A stretch of 64,000 nucleotides of DNA from the NCBI GenBank assembly GCA_023264445.1, contig JAHFMN010000002.1, positions 66,365-130,364 of the forward strand, in the 5' to 3' direction. Below are positions 1 through 9,633 of this stretch, piece by piece (the first letter of the stretch is position 1; each line of letters opens with the position of its first letter). A program made the translations under genes and the position numbers. The notes beneath the pieces are model-generated. The model had not been told where the DNA came from, searched no databases, and saw only the letters and a program-made list of their open reading frames with translations. The stretch is from Candidatus Kaiserbacteria bacterium. GTDB taxonomy: Bacteria; Patescibacteriota; Minisyncoccia; Phycocordibacterales; Phycocordibacteraceae.

Positions 1-122
1 AAGCCGCGGTCGCACGCATGATTCCGCGGCTCATCTCTCTGCCGAAGAAAAAGCGTCTGGATGATGAATTGGATGCAATAGGAATTGGTATTACCGGACT
101 TGCTCGGCTTCCATATCATTAA
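1..122 (+). CDS. 3' end of a gene entering the window (C-terminus ...DDELDAIGIGITGLARLPYH*), possibly a RuvC-like Holliday junction resolvase
   Basis: Open frame from the window edge to TAA at 120-122; C-terminal D-x-x-DAIGIGI pattern resembles the RuvC C-terminus; weak. Confidence 0.3.
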   Translation, partial: AAVARMIPRLISLPKKKRLDDELDAIGIGITGLARLPYH

Positions 123-319
123 TCCACACCAATCAATAAAAGTGCTTGCATAAGAAATAGTATTTGTTCAAATGTATCCGTCCCCTATGGGGTTAACGTT
201 TAATCTACGATTATGGATGAACTGCGTCCTGATGATATAGATTCCGAAGAAGAGGCGGATGAAATCGGCTTCGAAGACGAGAGTGAGGAAGAAACGTATT
301 AAATACGGTATCACCTAGC

Positions 320-2524
320 ATGCACGGCTCCACCGGTGGAGCCGTGCATGCTACCATACTCGCCATGGAGTTCTTCCGGAACGCACCGTGGCGGCACACC
401 TTTTTTGCATCCATTCTCACCATTTTTGGAATCGGTTTCTTCATAACAGGGGGTATTTTTATTGCGGTCGCGGTTTCCCCTGTACCCGACATAATCTCAT
501 TTGCTTCCCGACAAATAGACCAATCAACGAAGATCTACGATCGTACCGGCCAAATCCTTCTCTATGATTATAATCGCGACGCAAAGAGGGATGTCGTCTC
601 AATCGGAGATATATCTCCAAACATTATTAATGCGACGATTGCTATTGAGGATTCTAGTTTTTATGATCATGGTGGCATTCGCTTGACGTCTATTTTCCGT
701 GCCATGCTTGCTGACGCCTTCGGCGGTTCCCTTTCTCAAGGCGGTTCCACCATCACTCAACAGGTCGTAAAAAATACTCTTCTTACAAGCAAGAAGAGTG
801 TCATTCGAAAAATCCACGAATGGGTGCTCGCTATAAAGCTTGAACAGTCCTATTCGAAGGAACAAATTCTTGAAACGTATCTGAATACCATTCCATACGG
901 CGGTACCCTCTATGGCGTTGAAGCGGCTTCTGAATCATACTTCGGCATCCCTGCGAAGGACCTTTCACTCACAGAAGCAGCATATCTCGCTTCAATGATT
1001 CAAGCCCCGTCATATTATTCGCCATACGGTTCCCATCAGATTGAGCTCGATGCACGTAAGAATCTAGTTCTTGAGCGGATGCATACGCTTGGTTTTATAG
1101 ACGATACAGCATATGAACAAGGGTTAGACGAGAAAGTGTCTTTCGCTCCAACGGGACAAAACTCGATCATCGCTCCTCATTTCGTCTTCTATATCCTTGG
1201 TCAACTTGAAGAAATGTACGGTTCAAATGCACTTATCTCTGGATTAAAAGTGACGACCACTCTTGATGCTGAACTTGAAGTAAAAGCTGAATCAATCGTA
1301 AATCGCTATGCGCTCGAAAACACACAGAAATTTAAGGCCTCTAATGCCTCTCTTGTCGCCCTCGATCCTTCTACGGGACAAATCCTTGCAATGGTCGGTT
1401 CACGTGATTTCTTTGACACTGATATCGATGGTCAATATAACGCTACTCTCGCCCTGCGGCAGCCGGGCTCCGCGATGAAACCTTTCATCTACGCACTCTC
1501 ACTCATGCGCGGATATACGCGTAATACGGTCATATTTGATGTACCAACTCAATTTTCCACGAATTGCCGCCCATCAGATACCTCCAATAACGAACCTCCT
1601 TGTTATGCCCCTTCTGATTATGACAATACATTCAGAGGTCCTATGACATTTGAAACTGCACTTGCACAATCAATCAATATTCCCGCTATTAAGGTATTGT
1701 ATTTAGTCGGCATACAGAATGCTATAAATCTTGCAAAATCATTTGGTTTGACTACACTCGGCGACCCCAACCAATACGGACTCACTCTCGTGCTCGGTGG
1801 TGGTGAAGTACGCTTACTCGATCTTACGGGCGCCTATGCTGCTTTTGCAAATGATGGTGTATTACATCCTCCTTCCGGCATACTTGAAGTTACTGATACG
1901 AAAGGGAATATTCTTACCCAATACACTCCTAAACCTTCAAGAGTGCTCCCTGAAAACACTGCACATGACATTTCCGCCATGCTTTCGGACGCGCCAGCAC
2001 GTTTACCAGAATATCCACTTAATTCACCACTTTCATTTTCTGGATATGATGTTGCGGTAAAGACAGGAACTACTGACGACACACGCGACGCATGGGTTGT
2101 TGGATATACCCCTTCAGTCGCCATTGGGGTGTGGGCAGGAAATAATGATAATTCAAAAATGGTGAAATCTGTAGCCGGATTTATTTCAGCACCAATGTGG
2201 CATGAGGTGATGGCGTATGCACTCTCAAAATATCCCAAAATGTATTTTGGTGAACCAAGTCCTATTCCAAACACTGTTCCACAAATGCTTCAGGGAAATT
2301 GGCGTATTCCCGACGCAAATAAGAATATCGTTCCACATAGCTTATTGTATTGGACGGATAAAAATAATCCTCTTGGCCCTCCTCCTTCACATCCTGAACA
2401 AGACCCTCAATTTGAGTATTGGGAATACGGTATTACTGCATGGTATATTTCCCATCCGAATCTCTTTTCAGGAGGGGTTATGCTCCCTGTTCCTCTTTCA
2501 TTCTCCCCTACTACTACTCAATAA
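320..2524 (+). CDS. class A penicillin-binding protein (bifunctional glycosyltransferase/transpeptidase, PBP1A family)
   Basis: N-terminal TM anchor; GT51 motifs EDSSFYDHGGI and TITQQ; transpeptidase SAMKPF (SxxK) and KTGTT motifs. Confidence 0.9.
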   Translation: MHGSTGGAVHATILAMEFFRNAPWRHTFFASILTIFGIGFFITGGIFIAVAVSPVPDIISFASRQIDQSTKIYDRTGQILLYDYNRDAKRDVVSIGDISPNIINATIAIEDSSFYDHGGIRLTSIFRAMLADAFGGSLSQGGSTITQQVVKNTLLTSKKSVIRKIHEWVLAIKLEQSYSKEQILETYLNTIPYGGTLYGVEAASESYFGIPAKDLSLTEAAYLASMIQAPSYYSPYGSHQIELDARKNLVLERMHTLGFIDDTAYEQGLDEKVSFAPTGQNSIIAPHFVFYILGQLEEMYGSNALISGLKVTTTLDAELEVKAESIVNRYALENTQKFKASNASLVALDPSTGQILAMVGSRDFFDTDIDGQYNATLALRQPGSAMKPFIYALSLMRGYTRNTVIFDVPTQFSTNCRPSDTSNNEPPCYAPSDYDNTFRGPMTFETALAQSINIPAIKVLYLVGIQNAINLAKSFGLTTLGDPNQYGLTLVLGGGEVRLLDLTGAYAAFANDGVLHPPSGILEVTDTKGNILTQYTPKPSRVLPENTAHDISAMLSDAPARLPEYPLNSPLSFSGYDVAVKTGTTDDTRDAWVVGYTPSVAIGVWAGNNDNSKMVKSVAGFISAPMWHEVMAYALSKYPKMYFGEPSPIPNTVPQMLQGNWRIPDANKNIVPHSLLYWTDKNNPLGPPPSHPEQDPQFEYWEYGITAWYISHPNLFSGGVMLPVPLSFSPTTTQ

Positions 2525-2527
2525 ACA

Positions 2528-3628
2528 TTACTGATTCATCGGAGATACAAGATAGAGAAGTGATGGATCATTAACACCTTTAATAATGAGTGGGCGGCCG
2601 ATACCAGCTGCGGTTATTGAGAGACTTTCTGCTGTAGTAAGAGAAAATATTGTTGAGAGATAACGATGATTAAAGGAAAGTTCAATATCACTTCCTGATA
2701 TTTGTGCTGGAAATGTTTCGGATGATTCTCCCACTTCAGTATTTTTTGCAAAGAAAGAAAAGATATTCTTTTTTTGATTAAAGCCAATACGTATTTTTTG
2801 GAATGAATCAGAAAAGATGGTTGTTCGCTTTAATCCTGCTTCAAAATCTTTTCGAAGAATAATTGCTTCTACAACCGATTCCTTTGGTATGATTTGTCGA
2901 TAATCGGGATAAATTGCGTTCGTGAGTCGTGAAACTATCATCCCGGTATTCCCTACGAATGCACATTGATGGTCATCGAACGATAGAATAATATCCTCAT
3001 CAGGTAGTGCTTGAGCTATATCGAGCGCATTTTTTGCAGGAATAAGGAATTTTCCTTGTGTACCTTTATTTGAAAGAGGTATTTTTTTCTCCGTAAGCCG
3101 GAATGAATCAGTTGCAACTGCAGTGAGTAATCCTCCTTCTATAGAGAGATAGAGACTTGAAAGTTCTGGGCGAATAGTTGAAGTTGATGCACAGGAAGAA
3201 ATTGAATTAAATAGGTTCTTTAAAAGAACCCCTGAAAGTACGATTCTATTTTTTGGATTTTCTGGAAATGGTATAGAAGGAAAATCGTCGTAGGGTATGG
3301 TTTTTATTGAACTTTTCCCCATACCACTCTTAAGAGAAATAATATCCCCTATATGTTCAAGAGATATTTTTCCTTCTTGAGTCAGAGAAGTAGCTATTTG
3401 TTGTAATAGAATTGCAGGAATTGCTACGACGCCATGAGAAATAACTTCTCCTTCTAGTTTTAAATCAATACCAGTTTCGAGATTGGTAGCTCTCATTTTA
3501 ATACCTTCATCCCCCGCAACTATAAGGATAGAAGAAAGAACAGGGAGTGTAGTTGTCTTTCGTTCTGCAAAACGAGAGACGGTATGTACTGCTTCAGAGA
3601 ATGTCTTTTTTTCTATTGAAATATTCAT
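2528..3628 (-). CDS. dnaN: DNA polymerase III beta subunit (sliding clamp)
   Basis: MNISIEKKTFSEAV...LPVLSSILIVA clamp-like N-terminus; lies downstream of dnaA; internal ATG at 3628 chosen because DnaA boxes lie in the longer ORF's extension. Confidence 0.88.
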   Translation of the reverse strand: MNISIEKKTFSEAVHTVSRFAERKTTTLPVLSSILIVAGDEGIKMRATNLETGIDLKLEGEVISHGVVAIPAILLQQIATSLTQEGKISLEHIGDIISLKSGMGKSSIKTIPYDDFPSIPFPENPKNRIVLSGVLLKNLFNSISSCASTSTIRPELSSLYLSIEGGLLTAVATDSFRLTEKKIPLSNKGTQGKFLIPAKNALDIAQALPDEDIILSFDDHQCAFVGNTGMIVSRLTNAIYPDYRQIIPKESVVEAIILRKDFEAGLKRTTIFSDSFQKIRIGFNQKKNIFSFFAKNTEVGESSETFPAQISGSDIELSFNHRYLSTIFSLTTAESLSITAAGIGRPLIIKGVNDPSLLYLVSPMNQ

Positions 3629-3739
3629 ATCATTCCTATTAGGAGTGTGGATAAGTGGAGAAAGAAAAAATACGATGTATATATTGATTATTTTTTCCAC
3701 CTATACACGAATATAGTGTGGATAGATAGTAGGAAAAGA
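3629..3739. promoter_or_regulatory. putative oriC segment: DnaA boxes TGTGGATAA (3646-3654, perfect) and TGTGGATAG (3717-3725) flanking an AT-rich stretch (3661-3700)
   Basis: dnaA-dnaN intergenic position; consensus DnaA box; AT-rich candidate unwinding element. Confidence 0.5.
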
Positions 3740-5098
3740 TCATACAAGAAGTGTGCGGATATTTTGAATTTCTTTTGCGAGCTCATTATCAACAACTACT
3801 TCACGCTTTATTTTCTCACATGAGTGGATAACTGTTGTATGATCGCGCCCACCAAGTTTTGTTCCGATAGTTGGATACGAAATACTAAAATCCTCACGAA
3901 GAATATACATAATGACTTGCCGTGGGCGCACCACTTCCCTTCTTCGGGTCTTTTCATAAATACTTTCTTCATCAATTCCATAATATTCAGCAACCTTATC
4001 AACCACATTTTTCACAGATATATTTTTCTGGGGTCGGGTGAATGAACGTAATGATTGTCTCACTTCAGCAATATCAGGGGAAGATCCTTTTACTTGAGCA
4101 TGGCAAATAATACTATTCACCATTCCTTCTAATTCTCGAATAGATCCTGATATAGAAGTAGCGACATATTCAACCACCTCATCCGACAATAAAATACCGT
4201 GTAACGAAGCCTTTTTCCGAACAATAGTCATACGTGATTCAGGATCAGGTTCACCAATATCAATAGTCATTCCGCTTGCTAAACGACCCTTCAAGCGCTC
4301 GGCGATATCAGGGATAGCAGCAGGCGCTCGATCAGAAGAAAAGATAATCTGCTTATTTGTATCGTGGAGGGTATTGAATAAGTGAAATAGTTCCTCCTCC
4401 GTCTTCAATTTTTTAGAAAGAAACTGTACATCATCCATGATAAGAAGATCATATTGACGGTATTTATCTTTAAATCGATTTGCTGTTCCTGCTTGCACAG
4501 AATCGGTGTAATCAATAGTGAATTTTTCAGAGGTAAGATAAAACACTTTACGTCCTTGGTACTGTTTTTTAAATTGATTACCGATAGCTTGAATGAGGTG
4601 TGTTTTACCACGGCCAGTGTCGCCGTAGATGAAGAGAGGATTATAGGTAATACCTGGACGATTCAGTACCGCTTGTGCCGCTGCGTATGCAAGATTATTG
4701 AATGAACCAATAACAAACGTATCAAATGTATAACGAGGATTCAGATTATCGCTTTTATTAATATAAAATTCATCCAACGGAAGTTCCAAAATACCCCGTA
4801 AAGGGTTTTTGTTCTCTTTTTGGGACTTATTACGATGTTCATCCTTAACGATGAGATATTCAATGTTCCGAAATTCATATGAAATATCTCGGATAATTTT
4901 TAAGAGTAGAGAATGAAATTTCTTCAGGTACCAATCTTTAAAGAATTGGCTGGGTACACCGATATATACCACTCCATCCTCCCCTATCTTCACAATAAAA
5001 CTGTTGCGAAACCATGTATTGAAGTTTGCTGGCGATATAGAAAGTTCAATTTGAGTCAGAACGTATTCCCAGAGTTCCCGTGGATTCCCTTTGTCCAT
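3740..5098 (-). CDS. dnaA: chromosomal replication initiator DnaA
   Basis: AAA+ Walker A GDTGRGKTHL, Walker B LLIMDDVQF, C-terminal DnaA-box-binding domain (TLGGRDHTTVIHSCEKI); start at ATG 5098 (MDKGNPRELWEYV). Confidence 0.92.
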   Translation of the reverse strand: MDKGNPRELWEYVLTQIELSISPANFNTWFRNSFIVKIGEDGVVYIGVPSQFFKDWYLKKFHSLLLKIIRDISYEFRNIEYLIVKDEHRNKSQKENKNPLRGILELPLDEFYINKSDNLNPRYTFDTFVIGSFNNLAYAAAQAVLNRPGITYNPLFIYGDTGRGKTHLIQAIGNQFKKQYQGRKVFYLTSEKFTIDYTDSVQAGTANRFKDKYRQYDLLIMDDVQFLSKKLKTEEELFHLFNTLHDTNKQIIFSSDRAPAAIPDIAERLKGRLASGMTIDIGEPDPESRMTIVRKKASLHGILLSDEVVEYVATSISGSIRELEGMVNSIICHAQVKGSSPDIAEVRQSLRSFTRPQKNISVKNVVDKVAEYYGIDEESIYEKTRRREVVRPRQVIMYILREDFSISYPTIGTKLGGRDHTTVIHSCEKIKREVVVDNELAKEIQNIRTLLV

Positions 5099-5198
5099 GA
5101 TGAGATGGAGTATACGCCGTCCCGGAATGAATAGCACGTGTGGTGTTTCGGGGAGAACCTGTTAATATTATGTGTATAACCTAATCTTGCATTCCAGT

Positions 5199-5336
5199 AT
5201 GTCAAAACGGACCTATCAGCCGAAGAAGAAGAAGAGGGCCACAACCCATGGGTTCCTTTCACGCTCGAAAACAAGCGCCGGCCGTGCCATTGTGAGGCGC
5301 CGGCGCCATGCTGGTCGCACGCGGCTTACTCCATAG
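5199..5336 (+). CDS. rpmH: 50S ribosomal protein L34
   Basis: Not in the ORF track (45 aa): [45 protein letters not shown]; canonical rpmH-rnpA-yidC order. Confidence 0.9.
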   Translation: MSKRTYQPKKKKRATTHGFLSRSKTSAGRAIVRRRRHAGRTRLTP

Positions 5337-5337
5337 C

Positions 5338-5649
5338 GTGTTTCCGCGCCGTAAGCGGTTTCCTCGTGCACTCTTCCCTACTGCCCTGAAGGGTGGACGT
5401 CGTCTTTCTTCTCCCCACTTCTCCATAATCCTTCCAAGGGAAGGCGCAGGATACGCGGTTGTAGTGTCAAAAAAGGTCGCCCGCCTCTCGGTTACCCGGC
5501 ATCGTATAAAGCGACGGATTCTTGAGGTACTCCGTACACTTCCTCTCCCACAAGCTCTCATTATCTTCCCAAAGTCTTCTGCCGCCGATATCCCCCGTCA
5601 AGAGATATACATAGAACTAGAAACCCTCCTTTCCAATACGCGGTCATAG
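5338..5649 (+). CDS. rnpA: ribonuclease P protein component
   Basis: LSSPHFSII...KKVARLSVTRHRIKRRILEVLR matches the RnpA basic motif; GTG at 5338 just after the rpmH stop is the likely start (the listed ORF overlaps rpmH). Confidence 0.8.
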   Translation: MFPRRKRFPRALFPTALKGGRRLSSPHFSIILPREGAGYAVVVSKKVARLSVTRHRIKRRILEVLRTLPLPQALIIFPKSSAADIPRQEIYIELETLLSNTRS

Positions 5650-5663
5650 CGTACAATACCCCT

Positions 5664-6395
5664 GTGATTTCATCTTTCTTTCACGCGGTGTTCTACGATC
5701 CGATTTATAACGCACTTGTCGCGCTCGTTTCTTTCATCCCTGGATCTGATGTTGGTATCGCCATCATCCTTATCACCATCCTCATCCGACTCGTCCTTCT
5801 CCCCTTCTCTCTTTCAGCGGCACGCACCCAGCGCGCGATGAAAATAATCGAACCGAAGATAAAGGAATTGAAGGAAAAGTATAAAGACGATAAAGAAAAG
5901 GAGGCGCTTGAGACCCTTGCTCTCTATCGTGAAGAGAAGGTAAATCCGTTTGCAAGTATCCTCATGGTTTTTATTCAGATTCCGGTCCTACTTGCTCTGT
6001 ATTTTGTCTTCTATCATGAACCATTTCCCGCCATCAATATTGCGCGGCTATATCCATTCACTCCAGTCCCTGGTATGGCATCGCTTGAATTCCTCGGTCT
6101 TATTTCGGTTGCAGGAAAAAGCCTGGTGCTTGCCTTTCTTGCAGGACTTACACAATTTTTCCAGGCACACGCAGCTCTTTCGGGGACTATGAAACCACCA
6201 GAAGGTACTGGCATGCAGGCCGATTTCCAGAGGATTATGGGACTGCAGCTGAAATACGTCTTCCCATTCCTTATCGGGACTATTTCCTATACGACGTCTG
6301 GCGCCATCGCGCTGTATTTCATCACGACGAACCTCGTCGGCGTACTGCAAGAAATGTATGTGCGCCGAGCACTCTCAAAAGAATCATCAAAATGA
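5664..6395 (+). CDS. yidC: membrane protein insertase YidC/Oxa1 (short form)
   Basis: Multi-TM; follows rnpA; LIRLVLLPFSL...QRAMKIIEPKIKELKEKYKDDKEK hallmark. Confidence 0.85.
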   Translation: MISSFFHAVFYDPIYNALVALVSFIPGSDVGIAIILITILIRLVLLPFSLSAARTQRAMKIIEPKIKELKEKYKDDKEKEALETLALYREEKVNPFASILMVFIQIPVLLALYFVFYHEPFPAINIARLYPFTPVPGMASLEFLGLISVAGKSLVLAFLAGLTQFFQAHAALSGTMKPPEGTGMQADFQRIMGLQLKYVFPFLIGTISYTTSGAIALYFITTNLVGVLQEMYVRRALSKESSK

Positions 6396-7577
6396 GTAAC
6401 TCCAGAGAGAACTATCATTCTTGTTAAGAAACACGAGCGTCGTACCCGAAGGATCGAGCGCGAGTGAGGAAGCATCAAGTACGTCTTTCGTTTCTGCTGT
6501 GAAATCAAGGACGAGCTGTGCATAACGACTTGTGACATCGATCCTCCATATACGGTCGGAGAAATGAACTATTCCCTGATACCAGTCATCGGGATAACGG
6601 GAAGAAGGAGGATTCACAGGTACACCGCAATACAGAGAAGAATCATCATTTGTCCATACACATTTTTCAGCAATAGTTGCGATAGGAAGAGGAATAGATT
6701 CTCCCGTCACTGTGTGTACGAGCCTCATCTGCATGGTGTTTCCGAGGGTGTAGCTTATAAGTGCCCACTTCCCCGACGGGCTCGTAAGGGCAGTAAGGCC
6801 ATAGAGTGGCCCGGCGATTCGGGAGAAATGTCCGGTGGTATCCACAAGAAATGCATCGCCCTGAAGAGATGATGAAGGCTTTGTATATGCAAGATATTGA
6901 TTCTTTCCGGCAAAGGAAATAATGAGAGAGGAAAGGGGCGTACGGAATATTTCGGCCGTATGCGAGCCGTCAGTACGTGAGAGAGAAGCGACTGAACCAT
7001 TTACTCCAGAAGAAAGTGTAAGCACATTTGTTGAGGAAAGAGAGATACCAGAGAGGTTCTGTGACAAAAAGAAGCCGTTTGTACCGGTCGATGGGAGCGC
7101 GTAAGTGTTAATGGTGGAAAAGTCAGCACCTGAAAGATACCGAACAAACGCAAACGACCCATTTGGAAGCCAGAGAGCAGACTGAATACCCGGAAGGGTT
7201 TTATTTGATATGCGAGTAGACCTCTTTGTCGCTGTGCTGTAGGAAAAGATATTGCCACTCTGTCGCTCAATGTACTGGGCGATGACTTCAGACGATGAAC
7301 TTGCACTCCCTCCCTTATTGATAACGATTTCTCCAGGCACAATCGGTCCCTCACTTACTTTCACTAATCGTGACGAAACAGAAGTCGCTGTGCCCGAAGA
7401 AGGAGGAATAATAGTCACTTCCTGCGAAGGAGGAGTCCCCTGCCCTGCCACAGGTAGACCAGTGTCCCCTCCCGGCGCAACGGTGACATTCGCGGAACGC
7501 ATAAAGAAGAAATACGCCGCCACGCCGGCAACTGCGAGGAGGAGTACGATTGCTGCGATGATAAGGGTTCGTCGCAT
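6387..7577 (-). CDS. hypothetical signal-anchored extracytoplasmic protein, possibly beta-propeller-like; last gene on the strand of the T4SS-like operon
   Basis: N-terminal TM MRRTLIIAAIVLLLAVAGVAAYFFF; Ser/Thr-rich repeats; no recognised catalytic motif. Confidence 0.55.
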   Translation of the reverse strand: MRRTLIIAAIVLLLAVAGVAAYFFFMRSANVTVAPGGDTGLPVAGQGTPPSQEVTIIPPSSGTATSVSSRLVKVSEGPIVPGEIVINKGGSASSSSEVIAQYIERQSGNIFSYSTATKRSTRISNKTLPGIQSALWLPNGSFAFVRYLSGADFSTINTYALPSTGTNGFFLSQNLSGISLSSTNVLTLSSGVNGSVASLSRTDGSHTAEIFRTPLSSLIISFAGKNQYLAYTKPSSSLQGDAFLVDTTGHFSRIAGPLYGLTALTSPSGKWALISYTLGNTMQMRLVHTVTGESIPLPIATIAEKCVWTNDDSSLYCGVPVNPPSSRYPDDWYQGIVHFSDRIWRIDVTSRYAQLVLDFTAETKDVLDASSLALDPSGTTLVFLNKNDSSLWSYSF

Positions 7578-7583
7578 ATTTAT

Positions 7584-8528
7584 TTATGGAGAACAAGTCA
7601 GTGACACGCCGTAGCAAATGACACCATATTGACTTGTAGTGGTGTACGTCACCCCCATCGACTCTGAACACCCATTCGTGAGTGATGTCCATGAATAAGT
7701 AGAGAGTGAATGGCTAGCTATAAATGCGGCTCCGGCAGCAGTTATGGTAGCTTTCATCGTACCCCCATCTGCAGTGCACCCTGCGCTAAAGGCATTTTGA
7801 ATTTGTGAATCCCTCGGTACAACCGTACTGTCCCACCCAGGGATAATTCCAAAAAGATGAGTCGCCTTTTGGTACTGAACGGTTATACTTTTTCCACAAT
7901 AGAGAGTGACACTCGCATCCACACAGTTACCGCTAGCATTTTCAGTTTGGCAAGACGCGATGGTCGGGGATAATCCATTGCTGCAGCTATAGCTTGATGC
8001 ATAATTTTGACTTGAACATACTGCTCTCTCGAGATAGGGGCCACTGCTTCCGGTCGTGCATCCAGCTGATGGAGCAGTCACCGAGGTCTGGGACCCATTG
8101 TTTGAGGTGGATCCGGTTGTTAACGTTTGTCCAGGTGCGGTGTCGAGTGGGCGGAGGTTGAGAGAGAGATTCAGGATACTCGGGTTGATGATCGAGAAGA
8201 CGAGAACGGGAGAGAGAACAAGTACAAGGCCGAAGATCGCCTGCACGATGCGTCCTTTTGCATCCGTTAGCTTGCTAACGTTTTCTTTATTAACCGCAAT
8301 CTCAAGCCCACCCCAGATGATTTCTATGACGGCAAGAGCTGCAGCGAGCCCAATGAGGTATTTGTAGAGATTATTGAAGAAGTTTGCGAGCGATTCTGAA
8401 TTGGCGATGGCCGAACTGGGATCAGTAAGTCCTGGAATTGGTGCGAGGGCAACGAATTCCTCCGCTAAGACATGAGGTGCTATCCCGAAGAGAAGGAAGC
8501 TACCTGCGATAAATAGTATTTTTTTCAT
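7584..8528 (-). CDS. pilin-like protein: signal peptide, two hydrophobic helices (VirB2/TrbC-like topology), Cys-rich C-terminal domain
   Basis: MKKILFIAGSFLLFGIAPHVLA signal; helices LYKYLIGLAAALAVIEIIWGGLEIAV and IVQAIFGLVLVLSPVLVFSII; at least 10 Cys in the C-terminal half; alternative starts at 8582 and 8612. Confidence 0.5.
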   Translation of the reverse strand: MKKILFIAGSFLLFGIAPHVLAEEFVALAPIPGLTDPSSAIANSESLANFFNNLYKYLIGLAAALAVIEIIWGGLEIAVNKENVSKLTDAKGRIVQAIFGLVLVLSPVLVFSIINPSILNLSLNLRPLDTAPGQTLTTGSTSNNGSQTSVTAPSAGCTTGSSGPYLERAVCSSQNYASSYSCSNGLSPTIASCQTENASGNCVDASVTLYCGKSITVQYQKATHLFGIIPGWDSTVVPRDSQIQNAFSAGCTADGGTMKATITAAGAAFIASHSLSTYSWTSLTNGCSESMGVTYTTTSQYGVICYGVSLTCSP

Positions 8529-8608
8529 CCCGTTAGAAATAGAACTTACAAGGTAATCTTTCAATGTTCGTTTATTATTCATGCTTTGCTCGTTATTTCT
8601 AACGGGAT
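8527..8608 (-). promoter_or_regulatory. 15-bp perfect inverted repeat (atcccgttagaaata / tatttctaacgggat) forming a large stem-loop in the leader of the pilin-like gene
   Basis: Arms at 8527-8541 and 8594-8608 read directly from the sequence. Confidence 0.45.
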
Positions 8609-9604
8609 TCATAGGCCGAAGAGATTAAATCCTTTTGTCGTGCCGAAGGAGAGTGAGAGATTTGTAGAAGCTCTCATATAGTCGCCAGAGGAAGCGACGA
8701 GTGAAAGAGAGGCACTTCCCTGCCCGTTCCCAGAGGGTCGCAGGGTTATTATGCCTCCCGTCTGCGCGTGTACACCGTTGAGGAACCACTCGAGAGTAGG
8801 TGAACCGCGCGACGTCCCGAAGGAAAACGGGGCGGCAAAAAGTGTTGCCTCGGCACTCTTGATGCTATAGGAGCCGAAAAGTGCATGGTCGAAGCGGACT
8901 CCAAGGAGTGGATCGTTCTCATAGATGCGCACTGAAGGATCGAGAGCGGAGAGTGAGAGAGTAGAACCACCTACCAAGCTTCCATCTTGGCTCATGACCG
9001 AGACCGAGACTTCGCGGGAACGGTATTGGAGTGGAGAGGCGACCATAATCGCCTCTTTACCAATACCAGAAGCGTTTGTGATCTGTGCCTTATCAACTAT
9101 CCATGTGTAGGAAAGTGTATGTGGATCAAGCGCCTTCCCGCTCGCATTTCTCATGTTCGCAATGGCGACAACTCGCACATTCCCCTCAAGCGGTACCGAA
9201 GGTTTTCCCGGATACAGTGGCGGAGCCGAGGAGATCGGCTCCGCCACAAGCGCGACATCTTGGGGTTGAATAGCAATTGATTGAGAGTACTGTGTCCCGC
9301 CAGACGTTATAGAGACCTCTACCTGTGTCACAGCCCCAGCTTTGCCGAGCGTAACGGTCATCGGCTGTATGTTGCCTTTATAGATATTCTTTCCGGCAAC
9401 CATGACAGACATCGACGCATTCGTTAGGTCAATAGTGGAAGAAAGGAATGAAAGTGTAGCTTGACCATATGGCATCGGATACTGCGGAGATATTGAAACA
9501 GAAAATGAGGAAGCACTACTGCCAAAGTCTCCGAGAGATTGTGCTGAGATTGAAAGAGGCAGTAAAAGCGCAATAGCAAGAGCGACAGGTGGTCCGAAGC
9601 GCAT
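8609..9604 (-). CDS. hypothetical secreted protein (signal peptide), T4SS-like operon member
   Basis: MRFGPPVALAIALLLPLSISAQS signal; 4-nt overlap with the downstream gene. Confidence 0.55.
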   Translation of the reverse strand: MRFGPPVALAIALLLPLSISAQSLGDFGSSASSFSVSISPQYPMPYGQATLSFLSSTIDLTNASMSVMVAGKNIYKGNIQPMTVTLGKAGAVTQVEVSITSGGTQYSQSIAIQPQDVALVAEPISSAPPLYPGKPSVPLEGNVRVVAIANMRNASGKALDPHTLSYTWIVDKAQITNASGIGKEAIMVASPLQYRSREVSVSVMSQDGSLVGGSTLSLSALDPSVRIYENDPLLGVRFDHALFGSYSIKSAEATLFAAPFSFGTSRGSPTLEWFLNGVHAQTGGIITLRPSGNGQGSASLSLVASSGDYMRASTNLSLSFGTTKGFNLFGL

Positions 9605-9633
9605 GCTTCTAGTATATAGCCTGCGCAGCGCCC

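Noticed and set aside
211-492. 93-aa minus-strand ORF overlapping the PBP1A start, and a 29-aa acidic ORF at 214..303
   Set aside because: No RBS, and it overlaps the PBP1A N-terminus. Composition is consistent with chance.
2528-3700. N-terminal extensions of listed ORFs (dnaN to 3700, dnaA to 5137, S2P to 14365, sodA from 14549, pilB to 28589, VirB4 to 12217, rplC from 61566, rplW from 62954)
   Set aside because: Internal starts match family N-termini, have an SD, and leave the DnaA boxes, promoters or upstream genes intact. The longer versions come from taking the first start after a stop.
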